Assembly (NCBI GenBank): GCA_963538075.1
Contig: CAUTGQ010000001.1
Coordinates: forward strand, 1-32,076
Direction: 5' to 3'
DNA length: 32,076 nucleotides
From: an uncultured Atopobiaceae bacterium
GTDB lineage: Bacteria; Actinomycetota; Coriobacteriia; Coriobacteriales; Atopobiaceae
Below, one piece after another: positions 16,864 to 26,880 of the stretch. A program made the translations under genes and the position numbers. A model generated the notes under the pieces. That model was not told the DNA's origin, searched no databases, and was given only the letters and a program-made list of their open reading frames with translations. Positions within the stretch are counted from its first letter, which is position 1; each line of letters starts with the position of its first letter.

Positions 16864-18660
16864 GTGAGTGACTCGCGGTCACAGACCACGCAGACTACAT
16901 ATCTACATTCACCTTCTGCTCAGCAGGCTTCTCCTGCAGCTGAGCCAGAGATTTTGCTGGATCGATATCGCGTTCTTGCCCGCAGGGGTAATGGAGGCTT
17001 CGGCACTGTCTGTACCTGCTGGGATACTCGTTTGCAGAGGCGCGTAGCCATTAAACGCATGCCATTGTTAGGGGCTTCCGAGACTCCCGGCGTGTTTGCT
17101 TCAACTGTTGACGAGGCTCTTTCTGAGGCAAGAACTGCTTGTTTGCTGGCGCATCCAAACATTGTGACTGTTCATGACTTTGAGATTGAAGACGATTACG
17201 CCTATCTGGTCATGGAGTTTGTTGATGGCCTTAATTTATCGGAGCTTTTGGCTCGCGTTGAGGGTGGCTACCTCACCTATGCCGAAGCAGCTCACATGGT
17301 GTCTTCACTTGCAAAGGCGCTTCACTATGCCCATGAAAACGGCGTGCTCCATCTGGACATCAAGCCAACAAACATCATGATTGACCGCCAAGGCACGGTA
17401 AAACTTGCCGACTTTGGTATGGCAACTCTTGCCTCAGCTGCTGGTTATGGTGGTGCTCGAGGTGGTACGGTGGGCTACATGCCTCCTGAGCAGGTTGAAG
17501 GCATGCTTGTTGACGAACGCGCTGATATTTTCTCGCTTGCTGTTGTTTTGAGGCAGGCACTAACAGGCACCAATGTATTTGCAGGCAGAACGGCTAAAGA
17601 GTCCCTTGATCGCATGTACAAGGGCCCAAAGATTCCTCTTCTTAAAGAGGATCCCGAGGTTCCGTTTGCTGTAGATGCCGCTCTGACACAGGCACTTTCT
17701 CCCGAGCCATCGATGAGACAGGGAAGCGTCTTAGAATTTGCGCAAGATATTGTGACCCCTCTTGGCAACGAAAAACAGGGCGAGAAGAGCCTCAAGGCCC
17801 TCGTAGAACAGTCAGAAGAAGAGGAAACCGAGACGTGGGACGTCAAGCATCTTCCGCTCTCAATTCGCTTCCCCTGGCTGCCCTCGGCTGCCGTGCGTGG
17901 CGTATCAGCCCTGGTCACCGGCGTTCTTCTCGCCCAATTGTTCCAGCTCATTGCCCCAGAATCGCTTACGTTTATTGCGGTTGGCTCTCTTGTAGGAGCT
18001 GCAGCTGCTGCTCTTTGGACGCCCTTAGGATCTGCACTTGTCATCGCGTGTGCGATATACGCTTTGGCAAGTATTAGTCCTACCAGCACTTCATTCCCGT
18101 TTGCAACGCTCGTAACCTTGGTGAGCGTTATATGGTGGGCGTTTGCGGGAAGAGTCTCAAAATTCAGCAGCATTAACTGCCTCTTGGGCGCTTTGTTACC
18201 TGCTCCGGTTTCAGCTCCAGCACTAGTTTCTGCAACAATGAGGCCTCTTCCTGCAGCTTTAACAGGAGCCTTTAGCTTTCTCTTTGGAACACTGCTTATC
18301 AAAGGCATGTCTTTTGGCTTTGCTGCAACGCCTCTTGCCTATGACTACACCTCACTGGCCTCGGGCCTTCCGTTTTGGACTCGTTTGGGAGCATGCGCTC
18401 TATCTGCTCTTTTGGGATCGCTGATAAGCCAAAAAAGACGACGCGGATGGGCGGTTTTTGGACAAATTGTCTGCGCCATATTGCTTTCAAGTGGAATTAT
18501 ATGGGCAGCTTGGATGGAGAATCCCAATTTTTGGGTAGTTGAAAGTATAGTTTCGGTACTAATTACGGTATTCTTATGTGTACTTGTATGTATTGCAATT
18601 GTCCTGATAGGTCCACTTGATGCGGATCAGGAAGGCGAGGAATTAGATGAGCTTTCTTAG
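16864..18660 (+). CDS. Hanks-type Ser/Thr protein kinase with polytopic membrane C-terminal domain
   Basis: GNGGFGTV, VAIK, HPNIV, HLDIKPTN, DFG, GTVGYMPPE and DIFSL. About 8 hydrophobic segments in the C-terminal half. GTG start after AGGAGG. Confidence 0.9.
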   Translation: MSDSRSQTTQTTYLHSPSAQQASPAAEPEILLDRYRVLARRGNGGFGTVCTCWDTRLQRRVAIKRMPLLGASETPGVFASTVDEALSEARTACLLAHPNIVTVHDFEIEDDYAYLVMEFVDGLNLSELLARVEGGYLTYAEAAHMVSSLAKALHYAHENGVLHLDIKPTNIMIDRQGTVKLADFGMATLASAAGYGGARGGTVGYMPPEQVEGMLVDERADIFSLAVVLRQALTGTNVFAGRTAKESLDRMYKGPKIPLLKEDPEVPFAVDAALTQALSPEPSMRQGSVLEFAQDIVTPLGNEKQGEKSLKALVEQSEEEETETWDVKHLPLSIRFPWLPSAAVRGVSALVTGVLLAQLFQLIAPESLTFIAVGSLVGAAAAALWTPLGSALVIACAIYALASISPTSTSFPFATLVTLVSVIWWAFAGRVSKFSSINCLLGALLPAPVSAPALVSATMRPLPAALTGAFSFLFGTLLIKGMSFGFAATPLAYDYTSLASGLPFWTRLGACALSALLGSLISQKRRRGWAVFGQIVCAILLSSGIIWAAWMENPNFWVVESIVSVLITVFLCVLVCIAIVLIGPLDADQEGEELDELS

Positions 18661-19771
18661 TGACTTTGAAAACCGTATTGGTTCGGTCTTTGGCGCCGCA
18701 CCTCAGGGATACGCAGAGCCTTTCTCTTTTAAGAAGCTTGCCAAACGTGCAGCTAAAGAGATGGAACGTGAGACGTATGAAATCGACGGTGTAGATACTG
18801 CGCCTGCCCTGTATACCGTTTTAGTTGCTCCTCAAGATGATTCACTGATGCGTCCTCTTTATGCTGATCTAACTGCAGAGGTTTCTGACTTTGTGGCTGC
18901 TCAGGCTCAGCAAAAAGATTATGTATTTGTTGGTCAGCCGCTTGTTCGTTTTATGGTGGACCCATCTCTGAAGCCTGGAAAATTTGCTGTCTTTGCAGAA
19001 AACGTTGACGGCAATACGCTTGACCAGCTACGCAATGAAGAGCGTGCTTTCTTGGGTGGAAACTCCAGTGTTGGAGGAGCTGCAGCTCAAATGCCTCAGC
19101 AGCACAATTCCCGCGCTGCTGTTCAGCCAGAACCACAGCCAGAGCCAGATCCTCTGTCTGTAGTTCGCCCCGTTTCTGCAGATAATGCAACTCCAGAGGT
19201 TTTGGGAGATCTTGCTGGTACAGACGCTGGTCTTGCGGTAATGCCACCAGACTTTGTTGAGGCTCAAGGCGCAATTCCTGTTGTTTCCGCAGCTGAGTCC
19301 ACTCCTATGCCTGTTCTTCCTAGCTCAAACGGACTTCCAGACCTGCCCGTAAACGGAGCTATCCCAACAGCAGCTCCTGTTCCTATGACTCAGCGTCGTA
19401 TCACGCCTTCCCTTGATGCCCAGTTAAACGGCGCGGGCGGTCGTTCTTCTCGCAATCTGCAAGGCACGCCACGCGCAAACATGGACGCTACCTGCATTTT
19501 AATTGATCGCCAGAGCGGTCGTTCGTATCGCGTCGAGGCTCCTCGTGCCATTATTGGTCGCGAGCGCTCTCAGGCAGACGTTGTTTTGCGCGATCCTAAC
19601 GTTTCAAGACGTCACGCCGAGATGACCTATGACGGTCACGATTGGCACATTGCTGATTTGCACTCCACTAACGGAACGCTTGTCAACGATATCGACGTAG
19701 ATGAGGTAATTCTGCGCGACGGAGACCTCATTACCATTGGTCTTATGGACCTTCAGTTCCGGGAGAACTAA
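18647..19771 (+). CDS. fhaA: FhaA-like protein (DUF3662-type N-terminal domain, Pro-rich linker, FHA domain)
   Basis: MSFLSDFENRI N-terminus and FHA motifs IIGRE, DPNVSRRHA and STNGT. Conserved cluster position. Confidence 0.88.
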   Translation: MSFLSDFENRIGSVFGAAPQGYAEPFSFKKLAKRAAKEMERETYEIDGVDTAPALYTVLVAPQDDSLMRPLYADLTAEVSDFVAAQAQQKDYVFVGQPLVRFMVDPSLKPGKFAVFAENVDGNTLDQLRNEERAFLGGNSSVGGAAAQMPQQHNSRAAVQPEPQPEPDPLSVVRPVSADNATPEVLGDLAGTDAGLAVMPPDFVEAQGAIPVVSAAESTPMPVLPSSNGLPDLPVNGAIPTAAPVPMTQRRITPSLDAQLNGAGGRSSRNLQGTPRANMDATCILIDRQSGRSYRVEAPRAIIGRERSQADVVLRDPNVSRRHAEMTYDGHDWHIADLHSTNGTLVNDIDVDEVILRDGDLITIGLMDLQFREN

Positions 19772-20184
19772 TGATTGATTTGATTCTCTTTGCAGGACGC
19801 GTTCTGCTTGTTGTCCTGCTGTACATCTTCCTGTTCTCGGTCATGCGCACGGGCATTGGTCTTGTCCGCGGTCAGCGCAAAGACGGAGCTATTTGGTCCG
19901 TTGATGTCGAGAAGGGCGTCAAGTCCTTACGTGGTCTTCACGTAGACATCTTGGGTCCTGTTGTTATTGGACGCTCCCCTTCTTCTGACATTGTGATTGA
20001 CGAACCTTACGTTTCTGCTTCACACGCTCGCTTTACTATCCAGGGACCTGCTCTGGTACTTGAAGACCTTGGATCCACAAACGGAACCATGGTTAATGGT
20101 CACATCATCGAGCAGCCTGTTACCCTTCGCGACACTGACGAAGTCCAGGTTGGCGATGTGATTATGCGTGTTGGACGTCGATAA
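19771..20184 (+). CDS. fhaB: FhaB/FipA-like membrane-anchored FHA protein
   Basis: N-terminal TM helix, then VIGRS, VSASHA and DLGSTNGT. TAATG stop/start overlap with fhaA. Confidence 0.85.
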   Translation: MIDLILFAGRVLLVVLLYIFLFSVMRTGIGLVRGQRKDGAIWSVDVEKGVKSLRGLHVDILGPVVIGRSPSSDIVIDEPYVSASHARFTIQGPALVLEDLGSTNGTMVNGHIIEQPVTLRDTDEVQVGDVIMRVGRR

Positions 20185-20191
20185 GAGGCTC

Positions 20192-21451
20192 ATGGTTTCT
20201 TCTGATACAACACATATTTCTGATACACCTACACAAGAGCCCGTGAGTGCTCCTGGTCGTTGTGAGCTGCCACTTGATGGTCGCTGTGACGCAGAAGCGG
20301 TTTCTGGCTCTAACACCTTTATTTCTTGGGGCGCCCGCTCTGACGTGGGATTAGTTCGCGAGCATAACGAGGACTCGTTCCTTTTGCGCACTCCCCTTTT
20401 TGCCATCTGTGATGGTATGGGAGGTCACGCCGCCGGTGAGGTAGCAAGCTCCATTGCTGTTAAGGTTATTGCCGAACAGGCACCAAGTACCGCTGACGAT
20501 GTCCGTCTTGGCGCTGCAATTGAGGCCGCTAACCAGGAAGTTATTGATGCTCCTGCAAAGGGTATTGGCAAACCTGGCATGGGCTCCACTGCCTCTGCCG
20601 TCCTCATTGAGGGCAATCAGATGGCCGTTGCTCATGTTGGTGACTCTCGTATTTACCTGCTCCATCATGGCACGCTGGTCCGCATTACTCATGACCACAG
20701 CTACGTTGAGGAACTCATTGATTCTGGCCAGATTACCGCTGATGAGGCGCGTACACACCCTTCTCGCTCGGTAGTTACACGAGCTCTTGGCTCTGATCCA
20801 GACATGTACGCAGATCACTTCTCGCTTGAAGTATCTGATGGTGACCGCATCATCTTGTGCTCCGATGGCCTTTCTGGCATGGTGCCCGACGACGAGATTG
20901 AATCCATTGCTGTTTCTAACGTCACGCCGCAAAAGGCTGCAGATAACCTTGTTTCTGCAGCTCTTACTTATGGCGGATCTGACAATATCACCGTTATTGT
21001 CATCGATGTCTTAGACGACGGTATAGCCGATCAAACCAGACGACACCTTACCCGTGGCGTCATAGCAACGTTTATCTCGTTTCTTGCACTCTTTGCTGCT
21101 ACTGTTGCCGTGTTCTTCCTGTTTGTAAGTAGCGAGTGGTACTTAGGAATTAACGGAACCACCGTTGGCGTTTATCGAGGTATTCCTACAACAATCGCCG
21201 GCATAAATATGTCGTCACTTGTTGAGACTACGTCTATTGAAATAAAAGATTTGCCTGACGCAGTTCAAGACTCACTAGCCGAAGGAATTCGCGTTAAAAA
21301 CGAGGATGAAGCGCATAGTACCGTCGAGAATTACCGCAAACAAATTGACGACGCCAACACTAAAGCGGTCAAAAAGAAAGAAGACGTTCAGTCTGGCGGA
21401 ACACCCACAACAGAAACAACAACGTCAACAACAAGTTCGGGAGGTGAGTAG
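20192..21451 (+). CDS. pstP: PP2C-family Ser/Thr phosphatase (PstP/Stp1) with TM helix and extracellular tail
   Basis: [38 protein letters not shown] and GGSDNIT. TM segment near the C-terminus. ATG after AGAGG. Confidence 0.92.
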   Translation: MVSSDTTHISDTPTQEPVSAPGRCELPLDGRCDAEAVSGSNTFISWGARSDVGLVREHNEDSFLLRTPLFAICDGMGGHAAGEVASSIAVKVIAEQAPSTADDVRLGAAIEAANQEVIDAPAKGIGKPGMGSTASAVLIEGNQMAVAHVGDSRIYLLHHGTLVRITHDHSYVEELIDSGQITADEARTHPSRSVVTRALGSDPDMYADHFSLEVSDGDRIILCSDGLSGMVPDDEIESIAVSNVTPQKAADNLVSAALTYGGSDNITVIVIDVLDDGIADQTRRHLTRGVIATFISFLALFAATVAVFFLFVSSEWYLGINGTTVGVYRGIPTTIAGINMSSLVETTSIEIKDLPDAVQDSLAEGIRVKNEDEAHSTVENYRKQIDDANTKAVKKKEDVQSGGTPTTETTTSTTSSGGE

Positions 21452-21453
21452 GA

Positions 21454-24318
21454 ATGGAAAAAGCAGGCGGTCTAAGGCGTAATACAGAGCTTTTCTTACT
21501 GTTTGTAGGAGCAATCCCTGTATTTCTTCTGTACGCCATGTACATGATTACTGCTCGCTCAACGCTCAGCCTTGAGACCATGGCCGTTCCTATTGGTCTC
21601 TTTGCAGCATTTACCGTGGCTCACATTGCCATTAGGTTCCTTGCTCCCGCAGCAGACCCCGCCATTCTCCCCATTGTGTTTGTGCTTTCGGGAATTGGCA
21701 TCACCATGGTCACCAGACTTGCGCCAAATCTTGCAGTCAACCAAACGATTTGGCTCTTTATCTCTGTTGTTGTGATGATTGTGGTACTAGCGGTCATTAG
21801 AAACCTTGACGCGTTAGCACGCTACAAATACTCCATTGGTATTCTCGGCGTCATACTGCTTCTTCTGCCAATTGTTATTGGCCAGGACCGCTACGGCGCA
21901 AAACTCTGGATTTCTTTTGGCGCATTCACCTTCCAGCCTGGCGAGCTTGCAAAGATTGCCATTACGCTCTTCCTGGCGTTTTATCTTGCACTGAATCGAG
22001 AAGCCCTATCAGTCTCCATGCGCTCTTTTGGACCTTTCCGCATTCCTCGCTTCAAAATGCTGCTGCCCTTGTTTGTTATGTGGGGCATCAGCCTGATTGT
22101 TGTTATTTTTGAACGCGACCTTGGTAGCGCTCTGCTCTTCTTCGTGTTCTTTGTCATCATGCTCTATGTAGCAACAGGTCGCGCTAGCTACGTTTTTGTC
22201 AGTATTGCGCTCTTGGCCATTGGCGGCGTGGTGCTGTATCACTTCTTTGGCCACGTCCAGACTCGTGTCAACATTTGGCTTGATCCGTTCAAAGATCCCG
22301 CTGGAGACGGCTACCAAATTGTCCAGTCCCTCTATTCCATCGCAGATGGAGGTCTTGCTGGCACCGGAATTGATAAGGGAATGCCTACGCTGATCCCTAT
22401 TGTTGAGTCTGACTTTATTTTCTCGGCCATTGCTGAAGAGCTGGGCCTCTTTGGCGGAGCAGCAATCATTACCTTGTTCCTGCTCCTCACCGTTCGTGGC
22501 CTTGCAACAGCCGCTCGAGCAAAATCCGATTCATCTGCCTTTGCAGCAGCTGGTCTTACCAGTGTTCTGGCATTTCAGACCTTCCTTATTGTTGCAGGCG
22601 TTACTAAGCTGATGCCTCTAACTGGCGTTACCTTGCCCTTTATGAGTCAGGGCGGCAGCTCTCTTCTTTCCAGCTTTATCATTGTTGCCCTGCTGCTCAG
22701 AGCAGGTGATGAGGGAACTGGTCGCGAGACTGAACTTGAGCCAAGTAAAAAAGTGCTTGATTCACAAAGACTTGAAATTTCTTCCGGTGGAGCTCACGCC
22801 TCTTCTGTTCTGCATGGCAGCCACATCCGAGGAGGCTTTGGTCTGCAGTCTGAAGAATCTGGTGTTCTAGGACGTGTTGCTCTCGGAAAACGTCTCACCA
22901 ATTTGGTTACCGTATTTACCCTCTTCTTCACCGTTCTTCTCGGCAATTTGACCTTCTTGATGGTGATTGACGCTCCTAGACTTCAGGCGCTTCCTACCAA
23001 CAACCACACCATTGCTAGGAGTGCATACGTTCAACGCGGCGCCATCATGACTTCTGACGGCGTCACCCTGGCAGAGAGCGTCAAGCAAGACGATGGCACC
23101 TACGTGCGCAACTATCCACACGATGGCATGGCTTCTCACACCGTTGGCTACATCTCTACTCAGTACGGAACTGCAGGTATTGAGTCCTCCATGAACGAGA
23201 CACTCACCGGCCATGCAGATCATTCCGACTGGAGAAGTGCTCTGTACTCGATGGCTGGCGTCAATACCGCTGGTTCAAGCGTTGTTCTGACCATCAACTC
23301 TCAGATGCAGGCCGTGGCAGAAGCTGCGCTCCAGGGCTACTCGGGCTCTATTGTTGTCATGGACCCAGCTACTGGAGCTGTACTTGCAAAGGCTTCTAGC
23401 CCTTCATATACCCATGCTGAACTGGGCACCATTATCGAATCCGGCTCTGGTAGTCAGCTAGTCGACAGAACTACCCAGGCGCTCTACTCCCCTGGTTCAT
23501 CGTTCAAGACCATTACACTTTCTGCTGGTATTGATACGCATACCACCACGCTGGACACCACATATTCCGCTCCAGGAACTATGGAGCTTGGTGGCGGCAC
23601 CATCCACAACTACGCCAACGAGGACATGGGCACCATTCCTCTGCGCGAGGCGTTTGCCCGCTCTTCCAATACGGCTTTGGCGCAGCTTGGCGTTGCGCTT
23701 GGCGCAGACAATCTGGTCAGCTATGCACGTGCCTTTGGTTATGGCACTGCACTTGGTCAGGACTTCTCCACAACTCCATCGCTGATGCCAAATCCTGCCG
23801 AGATGACCACTTGGGAGCTTGGCTGGGCAGCTTGCGGCCTTCCTGTTGGAGAGCACGCAAGTCCTGCAGGTCCTCAGACTACCGTCATGCAAAACGCTGT
23901 TGTAGCAGCTGCAATTGCTAATGGCGGCGTAGTCATGAACCCTTACATTGTTGATCGCGTTCTCTCACCAGAGGGAGCTGTTGTTTCTACAACGTCACCA
24001 AAATCGCTTGGCCAGGCCGTATCTGCAGATACCGCCGCACAGGTTCGTGAAGCAATGCTGGGCGTTGTTGAATCCGGCACCGGTATGGGAGCGCGCGTTC
24101 CGGGTGTCAAGATTGCAGGTAAAACAGGTACGGCAGACGTCGAGAACGGTAACTTTAACTCGTTCTTCATCGGTTTTGCGCCTTACGACCACCCAACCCT
24201 TGTTGTTTCTGTTGTCATCGAAGGCAACGGCGAGAACGTTTTGGGTTACGGCGCTCAGGTTGGCGGCCGTGTTCTTGCGCAGTGCCTGAACATCCAGGCT
24301 TTGGGAGCTGCTTCGTAG
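21454..24318 (+). CDS. fused SEDS glycosyltransferase (RodA/FtsW) and class B penicillin-binding protein (PbpA-like)
   Basis: SEDS motifs [17 protein letters not shown] and [16 protein letters not shown], then a linker, a TM helix, RGAIMT, SSFK (SxxK), SSN (SxN) and KTGT, all in one 954-aa ORF. Confidence 0.92.
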   Translation: MEKAGGLRRNTELFLLFVGAIPVFLLYAMYMITARSTLSLETMAVPIGLFAAFTVAHIAIRFLAPAADPAILPIVFVLSGIGITMVTRLAPNLAVNQTIWLFISVVVMIVVLAVIRNLDALARYKYSIGILGVILLLLPIVIGQDRYGAKLWISFGAFTFQPGELAKIAITLFLAFYLALNREALSVSMRSFGPFRIPRFKMLLPLFVMWGISLIVVIFERDLGSALLFFVFFVIMLYVATGRASYVFVSIALLAIGGVVLYHFFGHVQTRVNIWLDPFKDPAGDGYQIVQSLYSIADGGLAGTGIDKGMPTLIPIVESDFIFSAIAEELGLFGGAAIITLFLLLTVRGLATAARAKSDSSAFAAAGLTSVLAFQTFLIVAGVTKLMPLTGVTLPFMSQGGSSLLSSFIIVALLLRAGDEGTGRETELEPSKKVLDSQRLEISSGGAHASSVLHGSHIRGGFGLQSEESGVLGRVALGKRLTNLVTVFTLFFTVLLGNLTFLMVIDAPRLQALPTNNHTIARSAYVQRGAIMTSDGVTLAESVKQDDGTYVRNYPHDGMASHTVGYISTQYGTAGIESSMNETLTGHADHSDWRSALYSMAGVNTAGSSVVLTINSQMQAVAEAALQGYSGSIVVMDPATGAVLAKASSPSYTHAELGTIIESGSGSQLVDRTTQALYSPGSSFKTITLSAGIDTHTTTLDTTYSAPGTMELGGGTIHNYANEDMGTIPLREAFARSSNTALAQLGVALGADNLVSYARAFGYGTALGQDFSTTPSLMPNPAEMTTWELGWAACGLPVGEHASPAGPQTTVMQNAVVAAAIANGGVVMNPYIVDRVLSPEGAVVSTTSPKSLGQAVSADTAAQVREAMLGVVESGTGMGARVPGVKIAGKTGTADVENGNFNSFFIGFAPYDHPTLVVSVVIEGNGENVLGYGAQVGGRVLAQCLNIQALGAAS

Positions 24319-24418
24319 CGCCTAAAACACCGCACGGTCTTCTCCCCAAGTAGTTGGGTGTGTTCTAAGATAGTAAGTGACGTGGCGAGAAAATCGCACG
24401 CTTGATAGGAGTTGAGTT

Positions 24419-26344
24419 ATGCCAGGTAGAATGCTCGGTGGGCGTTACCAGGTTCAAGACAAAATTGGTACCGGTGGAATGGCCACCGTTTACCGCGGAC
24501 AGGACCAGGTTCTTGGTCGTACTGTTGCCATCAAGATGATGCTGCCGCAGTACGCAAACGATCCTTCCTTTGCTGCCCGTTTTAAGCAGGAAGCTCAGGC
24601 TGCAGCAGCACTCTCCAGTCCATATATTGTCTCGGTCTATGACTGGGGCAAGGACGGCGAGTCCTACTACATTGTCATGGAGTATCTGCGCGGTACAGAC
24701 CTTAAGAGCGGCATCCGCAAGCATGGAGCCCTTGATTCCCGTAAGGTGGCTCAGATTGGCTCTCAGATTGCTCAGGCGCTGTCTGTAGCACACCGTCACG
24801 ACATCATTCACCGTGACATCAAACCACAGAACATCATGGTCCAGCCAGATGGCAACATCAAGGTCATGGACTTTGGTATTGCTCGCGCAAAGAACAGCAG
24901 TCTAACCACCGATAACTCTGTTCTTGGCACCGCTCATTACGTTTCTCCAGAGCAAAGTACCGGCAAGCCTTTGGGACCAACCACCGATATCTATTCCTTG
25001 GGAATTGTCATGTACGAGGCTGCTACTGGTCGCGTGCCTTTTGCCGGCGACGACGCTATTAGCGTTGCTATGAAGCAGGTCAACGAGGCTCCTCAGCCAC
25101 CATCGCTGATCAACCCTAACGTTGACCCTGCACTCGAGGCAATCATTCTTCGCTGCATGGAGAAAAACCCAGCTGACCGCTATCAGAGCGCTGACGAGCT
25201 TGCTCGTGCGCTGCGCGATTTTATTGCTGGTCGCGCCACTATTCCAAGCAATACCACCGTGAGCCCCCGCATTGTGACGCCTCCTCAGCCAACTTCCAGG
25301 TTGGATCGTCGCGGCATCGACGGCTCCAACACCTACATTACGCGCGGCGGCGACACTGGTCGCCTCAACCGCGTCCATTCTCGTGAAGAGGCCGATGAGC
25401 TGGATAGGCGCGAGAATACGCGTCACAAGCGCAACGTTATTCTCGGCGTCCTGGGTGCTCTGGTTATCTTGGCCCTTGCGGGCTTTGCTATCGCGCACAT
25501 TCTTGGCAACTCTTCCCAGCAGTATCTGGTTCCGCAGTTTGTTGGACAGACAAAAGACCAGGCAACTCAGGCACTAAATGCTTCTGGCAGCCACTTTAAG
25601 CTGGGAACTGTTACAGAAAGCTATAGCGATTCTGCACCTGAAGGCCAAGTCATTGACCAAACTCCAAGTGCTAACAGGCAGGCTGCTGAAGGAACTGCTA
25701 TCAATCTTGTTGTCTCTAAGGGCGCCAAACCTGCTGCGGCAGTTAAGGTACCCGACCTCACTAATAAGAGTCCATCAGAGGCTGAGTCCGCTCTTGCTGC
25801 TGTTGGTCTTAAGGCAAGAAACGGCGATTCAGTTGAGTCGGATGACGTGACCGTTGGTTATGTTGCAACTCAAGAACCAGCCGCAGGTAGCGACGCCAAA
25901 GCTGGCGACACCATCACCTATCACCTGTCTTCTGGCAAGGGTAAGGCAGACGTTCCAGACGTCACAGAGATGACTGCCGAGCGTGCTTCTGATGTCCTGA
26001 AAGATGCAGGCTTCAAGGTAGATACTCAGCAGCAGCCTTCGTCGAGCGTACCTGAGGGCCGCGTTATTTCCCAGTCTCCAGCTAACGGCAAGGCAGATAA
26101 GGGCTCTACCGTAACGATCGTTGTTTCGTCTGGTGCCCAAAGCGGATCTGTTCCAAGCGTTGTTGGCAAGGACTTTGAGACGGCTCAAACCACGCTTGAG
26201 AACGCCGGCTTCCAGGTCAATACCGTCTGGGTATACGACGACAACGTCGCAACCGGTAACGTAGTTGGACAGACACCATCAAGCGCCGCACCTGGTGCTA
26301 CGATCACCATCCGCGTCTCCAGCGGACCTCGTCCATCGGCGTAA
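24419..26344 (+). CDS. pknB: PASTA-domain Ser/Thr kinase (PknB/Stk1)
   Basis: IGTGGMATVY, VAIK, HRDIKPQN, DFGIARA and GTAHYVSPEQ, one TM helix, then four PASTA repeats (VPQF, VPDL, VPDV, VPSV). Confidence 0.95.
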   Translation: MPGRMLGGRYQVQDKIGTGGMATVYRGQDQVLGRTVAIKMMLPQYANDPSFAARFKQEAQAAAALSSPYIVSVYDWGKDGESYYIVMEYLRGTDLKSGIRKHGALDSRKVAQIGSQIAQALSVAHRHDIIHRDIKPQNIMVQPDGNIKVMDFGIARAKNSSLTTDNSVLGTAHYVSPEQSTGKPLGPTTDIYSLGIVMYEAATGRVPFAGDDAISVAMKQVNEAPQPPSLINPNVDPALEAIILRCMEKNPADRYQSADELARALRDFIAGRATIPSNTTVSPRIVTPPQPTSRLDRRGIDGSNTYITRGGDTGRLNRVHSREEADELDRRENTRHKRNVILGVLGALVILALAGFAIAHILGNSSQQYLVPQFVGQTKDQATQALNASGSHFKLGTVTESYSDSAPEGQVIDQTPSANRQAAEGTAINLVVSKGAKPAAAVKVPDLTNKSPSEAESALAAVGLKARNGDSVESDDVTVGYVATQEPAAGSDAKAGDTITYHLSSGKGKADVPDVTEMTAERASDVLKDAGFKVDTQQQPSSSVPEGRVISQSPANGKADKGSTVTIVVSSGAQSGSVPSVVGKDFETAQTTLENAGFQVNTVWVYDDNVATGNVVGQTPSSAAPGATITIRVSSGPRPSA

Positions 26345-26449
26345 GCTGCGCGTGCACGGCGCGCTGTCGCGAACGTCGCAGTGCGGCGGGCGTCGCAAAG
26401 CGCGCGACACGCGGCTCCAAGCAGCGCAATGAGCACAACCAGTACGTTC

Positions 26450-26485
26450 AAGCCCTGCAACCACATTCGGTTGCAGGGCTTTTTT
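26450..26485 (+). terminator. intrinsic terminator of the pknB operon
   Basis: AAGCCCTGCAACC-acattc-GGTTGCAGGGCTT followed by a T-run. Confidence 0.85.
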
Positions 26486-26503
26486 GCTGCAGGAAAAATG
26501 GTT

Positions 26504-26636
26504 GAACACACCTATGACAGATAATCTGTCAAAAAGACGTATACATTACGCTGAAAATACCTCAAACGTGCAGATTATCTTCATTTGATGTGTAATATGC
26601 CCGCAATTGTGCAGAATATCTGTCATAGGTGTGTTC
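26504..26636. repeat. 133-bp non-coding element with 25-bp terminal inverted repeats (MITE-like or paired recombination sites)
   Basis: GAACACACCTATGACAGATAATCTG (26504-26528) matches the reverse complement of 26612-26636 at 24/25 positions. A degenerate third copy lies at 26568-26595. Confidence 0.75.
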
Positions 26637-26880
26637 CTTAGAAGCGGAATTTACCTATAGTTAGATTTTTTATATATTCATATTCATTATTCAGCATATT
26701 AAATAAAGTTTATACATATAAATGTATATCGGTTAATGAGGCCTCTTAGCCGTCAGGCAAGATGCTCTAGTTTCCTGGTTAACTTAGTTAAAAGCTAGTC
26801 GATTCCCCAGTAAGACCTGCCAAAACCGCACTATTTTGCATGCCGAGCTCGAGGCTTGACGCTAACTCGCTGCAGCAAAG

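Noticed and set aside
16517..16882. 121-aa minus-strand ORF
   Set aside because: It overlaps tRNA-Leu, a terminator and the kinase start.
19123..19150. Short tandem repeat in fhaA (QPEPQPEPDP)
   Set aside because: Ordinary low-complexity linker typical of FhaA proteins.
26504..26636. Mini CRISPR array
   Set aside because: The best-matching units are inverted rather than direct, the third is degenerate, and there are no cas genes.
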